Virus record (IMG/VR): IMGVR_UViG_3300033146_001382
Location: 32,001-96,000 of that record
Reading direction: 5' to 3' (one strand)
DNA from: a virus
DNA: 64,000 nucleotides
Part shown: positions 50,201-55,579 of the stretch, in pieces
Layout: each line of letters starts with the position of its first letter
How positions within the stretch are numbered: position 1 is the stretch's first letter
The notes under the pieces: generated by a model
What the model saw: the letters and a program-made list of their open reading frames with translations, nothing else
Databases searched by the model: none
What the model was told of the DNA's origin: nothing
Made by a program: the position numbers and the translations under genes

Positions 50201-53200
50201 GAGGGTCAGATTCATTAGCAGTACAGCCTATAACTCCAGAGCAACAAAGAATGGGGACTAAAGTAGGGGTACCATTAGAATTTAATATATCTACTAATAA
50301 GGATATAGAGAAGGCACAATTACGTACTGAACTTAAGAACGCTTCTGATACTAAATCTAAAGCGGCCGCTCAACGTAAAATAAATGATTTAGAAGAAAAG
50401 TATAGACGATTGGAGTTGGAGCAGTCACAGAAAGAAGAGAATTCACGATTAACTTCCAATATGCGGCCATATACAGATTTTTACAAAGAGATAACTCGTC
50501 TACAGGTCAGTGGTGGTTTAAATGACAAACAAATTAGTGACATAGAAGAAGTTAAAGTAATAATTAATAAAGCTATAGGTGGTGCTACTAAACCTATACC
50601 AATAGAAGATGCTATAAAACGATTAAAAACTAATGAAGATAGTATGGGTAACACTCAGTTTAAAATGGCTATGAATGAGTTACTTAAATTTAAGGAGACA
50701 GGCACTGAGTTTGTTTACCAGGGTGTCGCTGACTCAAATGAGCTTCAAGATGCTATAAATAGATTACGTATAGCATATGAAGATGAATTAAAGACTATTG
50801 CAGCTGATAATGGGGAAACTACTATATCTACCGCATTAAGAGATGAGGTAGCAGATCCTATAGTTGGAGTTATAAATTTATCTAATAAATTATTAGAAGA
50901 GTTAGTTACTGAGTTTGTGGGGCAAACAGCTACGGATATGGTATTAAAGGAATTTGAGAAAAAACAAGTAGTGCCTAGTTATCTTAAGGCTGTTTCATCT
51001 TCTAAAGAGTTAAGTACATCACCTAAGAGTAAAGTATTTAGAAATAGTTTTACTACCCCAGCTGATGAATTAAAACCATTACCTTCTGTCATAGATACTG
51101 ATTTTAATAAAGTATTTAATGATAAAAAATTCTTGGCTCAATCACCTGTAGAGCGCACCGAGTATAATAATAGAGGGGCAACTCCTAATATGTTTGAAAA
51201 AATTGAAGGGTTTATTAATCCTAATAAGACGATTAAGACATATGAAAAGCCTTCTATTATGGAGAATGTGTATATTCCATCTAGTACGCAAGATAATATA
51301 GAAACTAATGAAATGGCTAATGGTATTCTAATTTCAAAATCACAGGATATTTCTACAATGTCTGGAAACCCTCAAAAAATTATTACTGATCAAGAGACCA
51401 AAGACATTCTAAAAGAGATAGCTGTAAACAGTAAGGCAGTAGACAAAGAACAACCAAAAGAAGCCCTAAAAAAAGCTATAGGTGGTAGAATATTTGGTGA
51501 AGGTGGGCCAAGAGAAGATAAAGTCCCGGCTTATTTAAGTCCTGGGGAATTTGTTATACGTGCTGCTTCTGCACAGCAGATAGGCTATCAGAATCTGGAT
51601 GTAATGAATAAGAAGGGTAGAGTACCATTAAAGTTTAAAGATGGAGGACTAACACCAGAACTTATAGGTAAGGCTCATACATACTTTACTGACCCAGATG
51701 CTGAAGCGCCTATACCTACATTTGATTCAAAGAATGAAGAAAAATTTAATTCTAAGTTAACCAAAAAGTACCTTGATTTATATAGATCATTATTACCTGA
51801 AGAAGCTAGAGAAAATGAGTCTATTAAGTTGGCATCTACTTTTCGTGGTTTTTATAATACTTTAATAGATTTAAATGAGGCTGAGGTTTTTTCAGACGAC
51901 GAACTATTTGCTGTAGATGCTTCTATGATGTTAAATAAGTTTAAAGAGATGCAAAGTAATAAAGGTATATTAGGCTTTATGCAACGTTCATTAAGTAAGA
52001 AGACTGGGGCTACAGCAGGTGCAAGAGCACTCACAGGTTTGGATAAAGTTGATTTGCTAAAGGAAATAAATACTTATGCTGACGGTGGGAAAGCTATTAG
52101 TACTATTACAGGTAAACCTATTCCTACTGCTGAAGAAAAAGAAGTAGGTATGTCAAAGATGCGTGAGGCCTTAGGATTCGTAGCGTCAGTTGCTCATCCT
52201 TATACTTCTATCCCTACCTCTATTTATGGTATGTACCAGGGATTTAAAGAAAGTGGTTTTAATATGAAGTCTATGGTAGAAGGGGCCGGTATTCTAGAGA
52301 TAATGAATTTTATACCACAAGCTAAAAAACTAGGTAAAGTTGGGAAATTTTTAAGTAAAGGAGTAGGTAAATATGTAGATAACGCTGGAGATATTAATGA
52401 TTATTTTAATATTACTGGTAAATTAACTAAAGCCCCAGAAACGTATAAAGTGACAAAACCTATACATAGGGACTTTGGGCCATTAAGTGCATCATTTAAA
52501 GATGGCGGTTCAGTACTTTCTGAAGAAAAACAAAATGAACACGATGCTTTATATTCAAGGTTTCCAAGTAATACTGAATCTAATTATAACTCAAAAAGTA
52601 CTGTTAATTTAAATAAAGTGAGAAGTTTTATAGGTGACTCTACAGGAGTAGCAGAAGTTGACGCTTCATTATTTAATAAGAGGCTTAATACTTCTATTGG
52701 AAGTCGTAGATCTGTAGCTAGACTACTTAAAGATTCTTATATGGCCCCAGATAAAAATAATGAAGTAATGAATACTGATGTTTTAAAGTTAACAGCTAAA
52801 TCTAATAGTAAGCTAATGAATAATAAAGTACGAAATTTTATAGGTGATTCTACTGGTGCAGTAGAGGTAGATGATACTTTATTTAATCGTAGGCTTAATT
52901 CTTCGGATGACTTACAGTCAGTAGCTGATTTACTTAAAAATAATTATAATAAAATTGATACTAATAATGAAAAATTAAATACTGATGTTTTAAAACTTAC
53001 TGAAGAACCAACTAAACCTTTAAATATTAAGAACTTACATGCTAAGTATCCTAAATCAAATAGCAGATTATTAGCTAATAATAAGGAAGCTACTACATCA
53101 TATCATATCCCTATGGGGGATGGAAGTAGTGAGATATCTACTAATGATTGGCCTCCATCCCAAAATCTACTTGACTTAATTAGAAATAACTGGAGTTCGT

Positions 53201-55560
53201 CTGCAAAAGTTAATAATAAGGAAGCTACTACATCATATTATACTCCTACTAGTACTGGTTATAGTCAAGTATCTAAAGAGTACTGGCCCTTTATGAATAA
53301 CAAAGAGCAGATTGAGAAGTTTAATGCGGGTGGTCAACCTAAGAGCTCTTCTACTGAGCAAGAAAAATATAATACTGGTACTATTAATTCTTTACTTAAG
53401 GATGATGAGAAAACCAAGGGGTTAGTAGATGAGGATCAGAATCATATTAAAAAATGGGGGGCAACTACTGCTAAAAAAGTTGGGGATATATTTACTACAG
53501 AGGCTCAAAATTCTGCTGATTTTAGGGGTTTAGATGCTATGTCTAGAAAACAAGATTTTGAGAGGGCCTTAACTGAACAAGGACATGGTAGATCTAGTGT
53601 TTATGAGATATTAAAAAATAATAGTTATATATCTAGAGAGTTACAAAGAAGTTATTTACATACTCCAGATAAACAACGAGGGCTGAATATCTTAAGAGAT
53701 AAGAATTCTGGTGTTACTGGTGGGAGGGTTGCTATTGAGTCATATCGTACACCTGATGAATCTTATAGACCAAAAGGTAAAGATAGTATTAAAACTACTG
53801 TTCATGACCCCTCTGCTTTATACCCTGGCAACGAAACTACAAGGTACCGTAAGTACAAACGTGATATTGATATTAGGGGTAAACAACTTACTAATAAGAT
53901 GGCTACTTTGGACTCAGAGAGTGATTCATATTCTAAGTTGGCCAAGGAATATAAACAAGTTCAAAAAAATTCAAAAGCAGCAGCGACTATATTAGAGGTA
54001 TTAGGAGAAGGAGGTAATATTTATGATGATGCGAGATTACAGCATAGAGTAAAAGATTTTTTACCTGCCTCTGAAACTTGGGGAGTTGGTAAAAATGCAT
54101 TTAAGTTTCAACCTTCTCCTGAAAAAAGGTATACTTCTGATCTAGAAGATGTAAAAAATGCAGCACTTAATGCTAGACAATATCTTGAAGAATCAGTTGG
54201 TGGTGCTAAAGTATCATCTATAAAAACTCTTATGCCTTTATCCAAAAAGTTAGCTAATAAAGGTACTGTTTTACAGGACTACGCTATGCAAGGGGCATCT
54301 AAAAGTGAAGCAGATAAGATTATAGATGAATTTAGCCTTGAAGAGATAAAAAAGTTTCTAGACTCTGGAGATCATAGTTCAGTGTCAAGGGATACTTTAA
54401 GGAAATTAAAACAGAGTATTAATGCGCAGGAGTATAATGTGGGCGGGGTTGCTACTAGATCTATGCCAGTTAAACATTTTGGCGGTGTTATTACTCAGAC
54501 TGGCCCAGTTTTTGCTGAAAAGGGTGAGTACATTATACCTAAAGGGTATAAAGATGGTACTTCTGGGGTGGGGGCACTACCCTCTATGCCAGTAGCTAAA
54601 TCTTTGACTTCTAGTTCTACGGTACTTGATTTGACTGCCCTGTTATCTGATTTAACTAATATAAGACTTAAAGTAGATCCATCAGCATTGAATGGTATAA
54701 GTCTACCAGTAAAAGACACAGTACTAGAAGTAGATAAAACTCCTATTCCTATAGATTCTAGTAGTTTAGATGGGGTAGTACTAAATGTGGATCAGACTCC
54801 AATTACTTTAAATTCTAGTAGTTTAAATGATCTTACTTTATCTGTAGATAAAACTCCTATTCCTATAGATTCTAGTAGTTTAGATGGGGTAGTATTAGAA
54901 GTAGATAAAACTTCTATTCCCATAGATTCTAGTAGTTTAGATGGGGTAGTATTAGAAGTAGATAAAACACCTATATTTGTTGATTCTAGTAGTTTAGATG
55001 GGGTAGTACTAAATGTAGACCAAACACCTATAATAATTGATACGAGCGGGTTATTAGAAAAATTAGCGAGTTTAACATTATCTGTGGATAAAACCCCATT
55101 ACCAATTGATTCTGGTAGTTTGAGCGAATTTAAACTCAACATAGGGGATGCACCTGAAAAATTAGCTGCTGCTATTAATAATAGTTTAAATGCAGCTGTT
55201 GTAAATATCAAGGTTGATTCCTCTGAGGTTGGAGGCTCCGTAGGTGCGGAGAAGTTTAATCAGTTAGCACAAACTGTATCTGATGTAAATGATAAGTTAT
55301 TAAATAGTTCAGTAATTATAGAAGATAGAATTACATTATTAGAGGGTGGTATAGATGTAGTAATAGATAATAGTGTGGAACGTAAACTGGCATCTAAATT
55401 AGTAGGTATAAATGAAGACGTAGCTACTGCTATTAGGGGGGTAGCGTCTTTAACTAATAATGTAACCACTCAAATAGATAGTATAAGAAGAGAGTCAACT
55501 AATGTAAAATATCTAGCACATTTAGCTTTAAATGCTAGAGGTACAGGAAATATAACTTAA
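32290..55560 (+). CDS. Giant tape measure protein fused to a two-barrel (beta+beta'-type) RNA polymerase and a PD-(D/E)xK nuclease (7,756 aa)
   Basis: TTG start with AGGAGG RBS. Ordered RNAP motifs at aa ~1320-2750 (FED, RYGSKG, DIRISSHGIAKR, GQR, GKTG, RFP, NLDFDGD). Nuclease at aa ~3320-3430. TP901-type TMP core from aa ~3978. TMP C-terminal GG...DKVPAYLSPGEFVI motif. Position between chaperones and tail-tip genes. Confidence 0.92.
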   Translation: MGEHIVSHDIKDSRTSSKSGNTQGVSVVELSKTDKASQKKLNDGIKEIRSIIKKQANDTVTSKLLSLIEKLISATNQGSKISSSELKTLLNSIVKNQFKGGQGSQTKATSTASGALKIDTTSIIKLLTDNTNSITSAVIKALESKGISIDDASIKQFHNTMTSTVKDIIPAKLYSIIGELNSTLDGVVKSNQVVVQAFKSMKKLRASGGELGVSEVIPFMRNLEKGFVEVKSLVSKVNGLSSSISAIPKELKGAMDGIKDELSKMKKRTQNRTYSVIKEVSDSPASATQAVVKQVAKELSKVGEKASDPQIKKLITKIDKFSGSLDDFPKFIDALDNFAKAVTNAKSLDPKTIQNILAPLQQVSKFAPKGLKDDVLSSKPYKLLMSQMNKLIEVTKQITIKFNVKTNNLDKQIDKVITKKERSVDITLKSKNSDTVVKELEDISKPREVIITPVIATKKVVQSSVTPSRANSNKNVPQNVLQANKRQLACKEKSNIYSPDEVKQWSNTLNSKVDVLIGSLTKAANSRGAAINDADFVLPPVVESSIIKLIAIIDGISSRRENPSELRKYMDNLSANSRYTPCISTQSKRDIKEVYDVLHSVTTDAFSDIVKASEEVVKNFEKLKKFPDPVTNVTKDTKLSVAKTTEPVKSIQQTKPVKSTEPSKPSKPIKTTKTTKSTESNKDAIDSTAKRNLAQTNGSVIPRKPGANENRGIPSSTQQDIYQYTERNIDPGTTTFTSGADIGVGEKTKQIVLDHVADLSKSLLDLQQYIVTTLDEEFTKVRDKSNKKNWKIVGKTDTNPISDYFKLTEGYNRKKSGKQYSFKIANIKALQGKTGSDLEDPTSLINKFKEDVSKELLNANKFNLAESVGKWLKRFSTSDISNWKGLGTDTSRRLVGIKTKHDLGKGTSPSKGMVKALKGLGNDRLINIFEKTISEIESDRRLSEEKFKRSPLLRTIAIPAARLTSTGATTFDTASGSKRVIPKFATYKTGFENIFESLQKTKSLDIDKSYASKIRKLGIRPSGSNFEEANKLSKSMLIDLSSVKDVVDPDGKKSVNADDVRADLAKKLEASVVIKAGKLAKAKHVNSPEDILSKIDTSIYTEFANGTKTMEEFIAATSAAGVAAYDLVKGMESVEFKNIYQIIKKLLEGSADTSTPLRTLGNNPVYSKNIRDFDSTIGKLIGTIPIAEAARPRRSTHQEKIINLMSMSTPIYREKGAIGLQGTEAEGQKQFLRDLNLNLAEFVSNTKILTTAGMGKDRLPSDVKTFSSLGIPDGQAGTILEYRKDFRHEDSKYLAPLNATNVKLYSDSLAELSPAGAQFTQLGRNTANVNNALAYRSGGVGTDFPSLRSNRESELIAGGRYGTQGYGFNVTAELRNTPNTFEDQIVVSGKLADVLTSITKTIMQPDKLGRLALIGSDGQIADTPEGSVSDIVPQQLVSVIEQANRVFQDVLGIKQEYKGRAEDALIKEVTSVLTTVRGKDVQVQSAKLAEVFFNYYGRKFTTRYGSKGVSITAQGGKEELTGKQLNDLFANKKVKVLNREERATAGLGTAALPKSMGQLVQEIYKEYAQELELSKSDLKLSSQALVNSGNKFMLSMFSDASYGVVSDELDLTEQNSLFEETKKALAKLDLDLAKDIKGIEGLKEFYSNMSGAQLYTEKPIDIRISSHGIAKRGLQGENIEAIMNNVINSGEEEHTSLVTKFSPTAYRHLLGTSTDTSGKFPSLNELSKALGFESQAKGKDRATVVEDMMKLLKSRHIKGSSEELTTQANKLADLEINSNFYSSIRDEFGESRKSLVGSKFVELIEEPHANPAWSETDIKKQVAGQRLNIPAFGAYATVFGEQSKFIKQLTSDVPLEAKKHWEYLKALQVLNTDSSDMVDSLMASAQVVDVSDLRSFTKSTGKFIPASQMVNIDSMSEEEAGRVMNNSILDTAKYPGPMNLQIPNTKDPSKRESFYVPGALARVTYPEPNIAGERGLDVVARRLQSIVNAANKVDSVKGKTGEDGSTKRWDTIARIKAKLNDYRSRVTEIVGPDPQTKNLSSNEVGQLEGILQKLLKVLDQAPADNRMLYSNQKYLSGSTRGEVVRDIYKTRGADQSQAKVYQTTINSAVDQLIGPDGAPNPKMPQFAQRYEPDANLLGAKDALGVTSLSNFALSLDVKPASGEDKLKDALKSLERAKIEYYNTLAKSVLGKTGSVQEFLFNRKLPAVMGKAINATVDKTKDLETFSKELLSISNSSGDIGVDLSSLSEAASTIDEIKISHAKNVEKSKAKGLPVLQQHEIGIPENYAAKLPTSFVKRYDINEGRVKELPKPIFEKSNLAKMLTYREEVKAAMPSTAPDMQTKMKAYLSSELSPYIESLRFPVTGVSSIQPYEAKLLKPNEDGTRQMAKHSLMVPGVPDFDTSKFDTIKVKVEAVIEGLVEDREAEYNKDTPDLSRVDKLTTTISSLDKALFDVLPKYTAAQQNLDFDGDQIQLHAAKKSLARQEITQHFKTITDYDSQKDTTAQALRSDFTYDALIPSTGNYTLAEQQLAFEKKFPSEEGFGFMTKPFLTKDLEYLKPAEQLDILSNYPGTEGAEVTPLTVLDNLLPELFRNAKQMSKIMETLEAVVPGVDDEGKSTYSKDLLTALSNMKSPDGKTNGTQVDVFKEGIKNKLYDTKMTNAINANFFKLNTGQDTEALNRQLKLFERNLGYGGGLIRQGAKYNPTENLAQRFPLDLKSMGNIIGEELHTMVNEFVRFGEQKGLDVKHAGSLPVATEMAQLISQGSSGVKKLIDKINTKGGSYGELADFKDANYKVLNHRLGAMSTEDLYTDATKIASGRGEPTAKLDSSSRDQLKEYIISSIGFEGFLYELSNQVIEGAQEGLKAAISTWSESKKQKEFKGMNEDNYVKSIIRKQLKGGGVNISGTAENPLMPLYKMRTSSASGYGQRKLHMDKYGDPEVPELDGIFEGDEAKAYVSKLKEAKAVAKNIQDALTDFSANKLGNRRGSYNMLLASDIDNIYNDQRIIQELVKSLEGKEDTIESSVADRLSGNSPMSNLAIEALSKPNNTVRKEFLEIKGRAVSVPSIGQESAAISNEEYITTASMLAERDLPMPVQGDTTNKEYAAILIEHEKAVDKLKDKYLADALVIAQTDTILKAAMSRAEEIGFVTRLLPEDARSYNDRRQRVTQAAQESANNANQSTNTNSNLGVDILQRSMPAGGAGTPEGSLVKFSGGPAVDVRIVAVAEGVGIFLGKTAGIAQTTEEQQPRFSISSELEEKIKKAENIVKDITGGLNNAKGDSFANKYRASGLKGGYGNRQISEIKKQMQGFQANEDILDSTSLLGTGIHAKLEGGYQSKGYATEKPVRYDSPEGEISGTVDAIKYENGKAKHIVDIKTTSALNYEDLHRGVARFQEKTGKKTPTLEEIKPYVGKALSSTKLDDVASQLNLYLRATNTNAKASAHFYSREDPDLEPIKLDQFFDADRLKADVTAIGQARKEIKREGGTFAPTASYEEAKIIAKETKPVTPERIEELISIATEYYNSVKQGQHTQKNMPASGGLRDNELYTIGIRAREYQSQSKAFDDMVRATPVVEGKETYNVHQNLTTLHERARITQQKRGVETSGPQFNKFNEEVQSKITEASKKGPAGAEFSALITHLKDTSQIDGSKINAAWKAYRVAVGDYFVKEMAEARRQLTNDSANDDNIVPRFGEYSKVVKNFQRFVKQGIGKKTDIYTANSQYFNPESARGAGVYMDTDDLIKKSSKPLGEDTKLISLFKRITSLEENEVPIPRDAIRDVLEDLMDMDHALISLYTDAELVAKIGPKIKNGWRFDRLKGGLSKMRAALELQLNQPVKELYDEDQIAYLKQVLKELKSLETVYIDLDLDTDSFENTLGEYKFPTLIPVPKQLPRNQQLASHYKNVEGLKSHYRTPEAQGGAKTGDSFVYPIKTYGPSGKLMDNQRFVISKWGETINSAGDSIPVLKSRLDDLNKSLVDGNRTFSVAIERVVKWGAAATLVYGGMSYIKDAVNHMADVETAMARLRMVMNPLTTDFDALQKSALGFAQQYGVETTDVLGSMKVFAQQGLSQGEVQDRTQTSTLAANVTTLSATDATEALTASMKVFRSEGENSMRFLDSWSQVEARAAITAGDLADAIKKSASAGKNAGFTFDELNGMIAAIGSVTRKSGKEIGTSLRFIFRRISADKAPKALKNVGVSTTTDKGELRSGFAVLGDLASEWDNLAQAQKLSIAQAIGGTRQYNQVLVLMDNWDQVVKSLGDSLDAKGSAERRNLQLMKTYTKQLEQTKAVFSALKIEVGKVVLPSFKVAMSGIRGLIEVVNNVPESIKLAGAGIVLFVGYITKGASALNYIINMVDRTKLSFAALKDDFAKGLGQGLFESFGKGSPELDSNLFGLSSLGDSGTRNINDMTSSMGKLAFGVLAAGQAFNKFSGIVVKDTGGASKVVAKYLKTAGKLVSAVGTGALLAPIPGPVDDIIGGATEFAGEALKGTAGTFDFLGDTMGKGAQAWIENFASSNSSAVKSVMPLMATLGGLAAMAPIVSTAFKNLTQTAKDYKDEQLNRLEVDAKEIDSIQGLITSYKDLQSQKQRIAKLSTPEEQAKNIKQGDYKSPVFEEIDSLKTTRKFNASLSGLDSNMVDGFDEFGRVIINNKGNLKEYLEELKRAKTISLALSKIKITSRFTEDLTKTDGNQEWKYQVQQLAKEFPLIGDMLAKGISVGPKKALEVLQTELTQLLDAKAENPMSTAFDQDIKTALTAHSKILKTFASEYSEISKTLSGISISGTTLSDVTNLFNSGDALATFDLQAAYEDKYNIASVKGTVSGKDIAASKILSTQAGGNSSYVEASRLLTENNLFSAGRLPRAPDATGNISVENNDFVTLNKDFAKAHNIATEQAILIIDKNNHTFLQYIDSISGAPKTKKISKWDLARAARGFFPAEAILRKTKADITKLNTFISGASAGLIGISDKGLKKRQFSLGEKFFDQVSTDTLLQSNKGFDITNRTFGEPKYKENQSKDFIKKYYDPLQEYNSLKSRLGGEESTPKDGDRLGSTAKRFKELQDILKNNSVAFQYKAAIEDLSKTLYAGERAIRKNIEAEKSRQTIDKETSGFLQGKTKGISSLNLGVRDYKDLNPQQKASVKFKSYDSVAKSILVQETNLEGLLNNYKELANTYADVKEIKLVSKAFGAVMQPKRHTELLSAMDKVGGDKGTAQLYLKMSELKSPLDDININTAKTVDLLDKDSAKVTKAKNIVNLNLEEANKKKLRGERLNTFKTEFSPGVVIIKNLDMLLTKRDSAAKVGDKATVKMLDSYLTKSYGKLIKTFGVANTVKLAKELYYKDETRSRTSRVLSLGLHGLGTDPTRLTQVIESKKLSDAASVGNKLTKLFSKDHPWKSYIDKRFTNYTPKKTSEAMNLESTYSKKAKSPWFAPKTFEKALLVGNIVTAFKGASLKEKRDTVLDNIVKLQKRKSALSTNDETTKSRIDEEITTNKSLLKRDLDPKIYLNNILKSTARAAFVAYEGADTFKVSATNKENLAVTAGGIFMLMKGLEGKIGKENMPEYFKKFSKKVGPAFTEAATSGDFSKVTSLGSDTKSFLGEFTGSMKEQFKEFKDGSKSSGTVKDDRSDSEKLRELSKLKKSEQALADLKKQLSAGNTGALRSIEAALYAFGGVATLGWKASKGETAAKIKDDKKLAEAQSKAMLEYTIKNASEVDNYILNNEKSKKEKKSNIAAKPAGKPDDIIMDTNKNFIDIVETLKASGGSYLEVIKKLQDVLGNDKSFANLIVDVTRIQSSLENFRGELIKTFSTFDDKRILAPIRSLNGKLTGFGGDIQLPVSEREMSPQQRFYAGGSKELQSIFTLMSKAAMVQETNLRAIGSVRSEISTITQNLSKSTESGASEKDIVYWEEELLRLNAILNKLKQDTGKLNEQTQTLSTTMRAANKYANAIYKLNDALEDITVDHIVSGLTGLKTYFKSFNKLMGGSDSLAVQPITPEQQRMGTKVGVPLEFNISTNKDIEKAQLRTELKNASDTKSKAAAQRKINDLEEKYRRLELEQSQKEENSRLTSNMRPYTDFYKEITRLQVSGGLNDKQISDIEEVKVIINKAIGGATKPIPIEDAIKRLKTNEDSMGNTQFKMAMNELLKFKETGTEFVYQGVADSNELQDAINRLRIAYEDELKTIAADNGETTISTALRDEVADPIVGVINLSNKLLEELVTEFVGQTATDMVLKEFEKKQVVPSYLKAVSSSKELSTSPKSKVFRNSFTTPADELKPLPSVIDTDFNKVFNDKKFLAQSPVERTEYNNRGATPNMFEKIEGFINPNKTIKTYEKPSIMENVYIPSSTQDNIETNEMANGILISKSQDISTMSGNPQKIITDQETKDILKEIAVNSKAVDKEQPKEALKKAIGGRIFGEGGPREDKVPAYLSPGEFVIRAASAQQIGYQNLDVMNKKGRVPLKFKDGGLTPELIGKAHTYFTDPDAEAPIPTFDSKNEEKFNSKLTKKYLDLYRSLLPEEARENESIKLASTFRGFYNTLIDLNEAEVFSDDELFAVDASMMLNKFKEMQSNKGILGFMQRSLSKKTGATAGARALTGLDKVDLLKEINTYADGGKAISTITGKPIPTAEEKEVGMSKMREALGFVASVAHPYTSIPTSIYGMYQGFKESGFNMKSMVEGAGILEIMNFIPQAKKLGKVGKFLSKGVGKYVDNAGDINDYFNITGKLTKAPETYKVTKPIHRDFGPLSASFKDGGSVLSEEKQNEHDALYSRFPSNTESNYNSKSTVNLNKVRSFIGDSTGVAEVDASLFNKRLNTSIGSRRSVARLLKDSYMAPDKNNEVMNTDVLKLTAKSNSKLMNNKVRNFIGDSTGAVEVDDTLFNRRLNSSDDLQSVADLLKNNYNKIDTNNEKLNTDVLKLTEEPTKPLNIKNLHAKYPKSNSRLLANNKEATTSYHIPMGDGSSEISTNDWPPSQNLLDLIRNNWSSSAKVNNKEATTSYYTPTSTGYSQVSKEYWPFMNNKEQIEKFNAGGQPKSSSTEQEKYNTGTINSLLKDDEKTKGLVDEDQNHIKKWGATTAKKVGDIFTTEAQNSADFRGLDAMSRKQDFERALTEQGHGRSSVYEILKNNSYISRELQRSYLHTPDKQRGLNILRDKNSGVTGGRVAIESYRTPDESYRPKGKDSIKTTVHDPSALYPGNETTRYRKYKRDIDIRGKQLTNKMATLDSESDSYSKLAKEYKQVQKNSKAAATILEVLGEGGNIYDDARLQHRVKDFLPASETWGVGKNAFKFQPSPEKRYTSDLEDVKNAALNARQYLEESVGGAKVSSIKTLMPLSKKLANKGTVLQDYAMQGASKSEADKIIDEFSLEEIKKFLDSGDHSSVSRDTLRKLKQSINAQEYNVGGVATRSMPVKHFGGVITQTGPVFAEKGEYIIPKGYKDGTSGVGALPSMPVAKSLTSSSTVLDLTALLSDLTNIRLKVDPSALNGISLPVKDTVLEVDKTPIPIDSSSLDGVVLNVDQTPITLNSSSLNDLTLSVDKTPIPIDSSSLDGVVLEVDKTSIPIDSSSLDGVVLEVDKTPIFVDSSSLDGVVLNVDQTPIIIDTSGLLEKLASLTLSVDKTPLPIDSGSLSEFKLNIGDAPEKLAAAINNSLNAAVVNIKVDSSEVGGSVGAEKFNQLAQTVSDVNDKLLNSSVIIEDRITLLEGGIDVVIDNSVERKLASKLVGINEDVATAIRGVASLTNNVTTQIDSIRRESTNVKYLAHLALNARGTGNIT
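36230..37830 (+). other. RNA polymerase beta-like region within the giant protein
   Basis: QLGRNT (~Rpb2 QSPRNT); GFNVTAELRNTPNTFEDQIVVS (~[23 protein letters not shown]); GRKFTTRYGSKGV (~GDKMAGRHGNKGV); KPIDIRISSHGIAKRGLQGENIE (~[23 protein letters not shown]); VAGQRLN (~FGGQRFG). All occur in canonical order. Confidence 0.9.
38140..40540 (+). other. RNA polymerase beta'-like region within the giant protein
   Basis: FYVPGALAR...LDVVARRLQSIVN (~LPVLPPDLR...LNDLYRRVIN); LAKSVLGKTGSVQEFLFNRKL (~[21 protein letters not shown]); LQQHEIGIP (~LRLHQCGLP); LRFPVTGVSSIQPY (~NRAPTLHRLGIQAF); NLDFDGDQIQLH (~NADFDGDQMAVH); candidate bridge helix at 40288-40353 and trigger loop GEQKGLDVKHAG at 40498-40533. 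Confidence 0.9.
42135..42720 (+). other. PD-(D/E)xK (RecB/Cas4-like) nuclease domain within the giant protein
   Basis: YRASGL, GTGIHAKLE, YATEKPV, ISGTVDAI, IVDIKT and SQLNLY are the full RecB-family motif set. Confidence 0.85.
44221..45400 (+). other. TP901-family tape measure core domain
   Basis: DVETAMARLRMVM...LQKSALGFAQQYG...FAQQGLS...TLAANV...DATEALTASMKVF...LADAIKKSASAGKNAGFTFDELNGMIAAIGSVTRKSGKEIGTSLRFIF. Confidence 0.9.
52612..53001 (+). repeat. Tandem 210-bp (70-aa) in-frame duplication
   Basis: NKVRSFIGDSTGVAEVD...NTDVLKLT at 52612 and NKVRNFIGDSTGAVEVD...NTDVLKLT at 52822. Confidence 0.9.
53076..53300 (+). repeat. 135-bp (45-aa) in-frame duplication
   Basis: taataataaggaagctactacatcatat occurs exactly at 53076 and 53211 (NNKEATTSY...WP twice). 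Confidence 0.85.
54727..55140 (+). repeat. 57-bp (19-aa) tandem repeats, about 7 copies
   Basis: [ESN]VD[KQ]TPIPIDSSSLDGVVL units; VD codons start at 54730, 54787, 54844, 54901, 54958 and 55015. Confidence 0.92.
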
Positions 55561-55579
55561 AAAAGGAATATGTATATAT

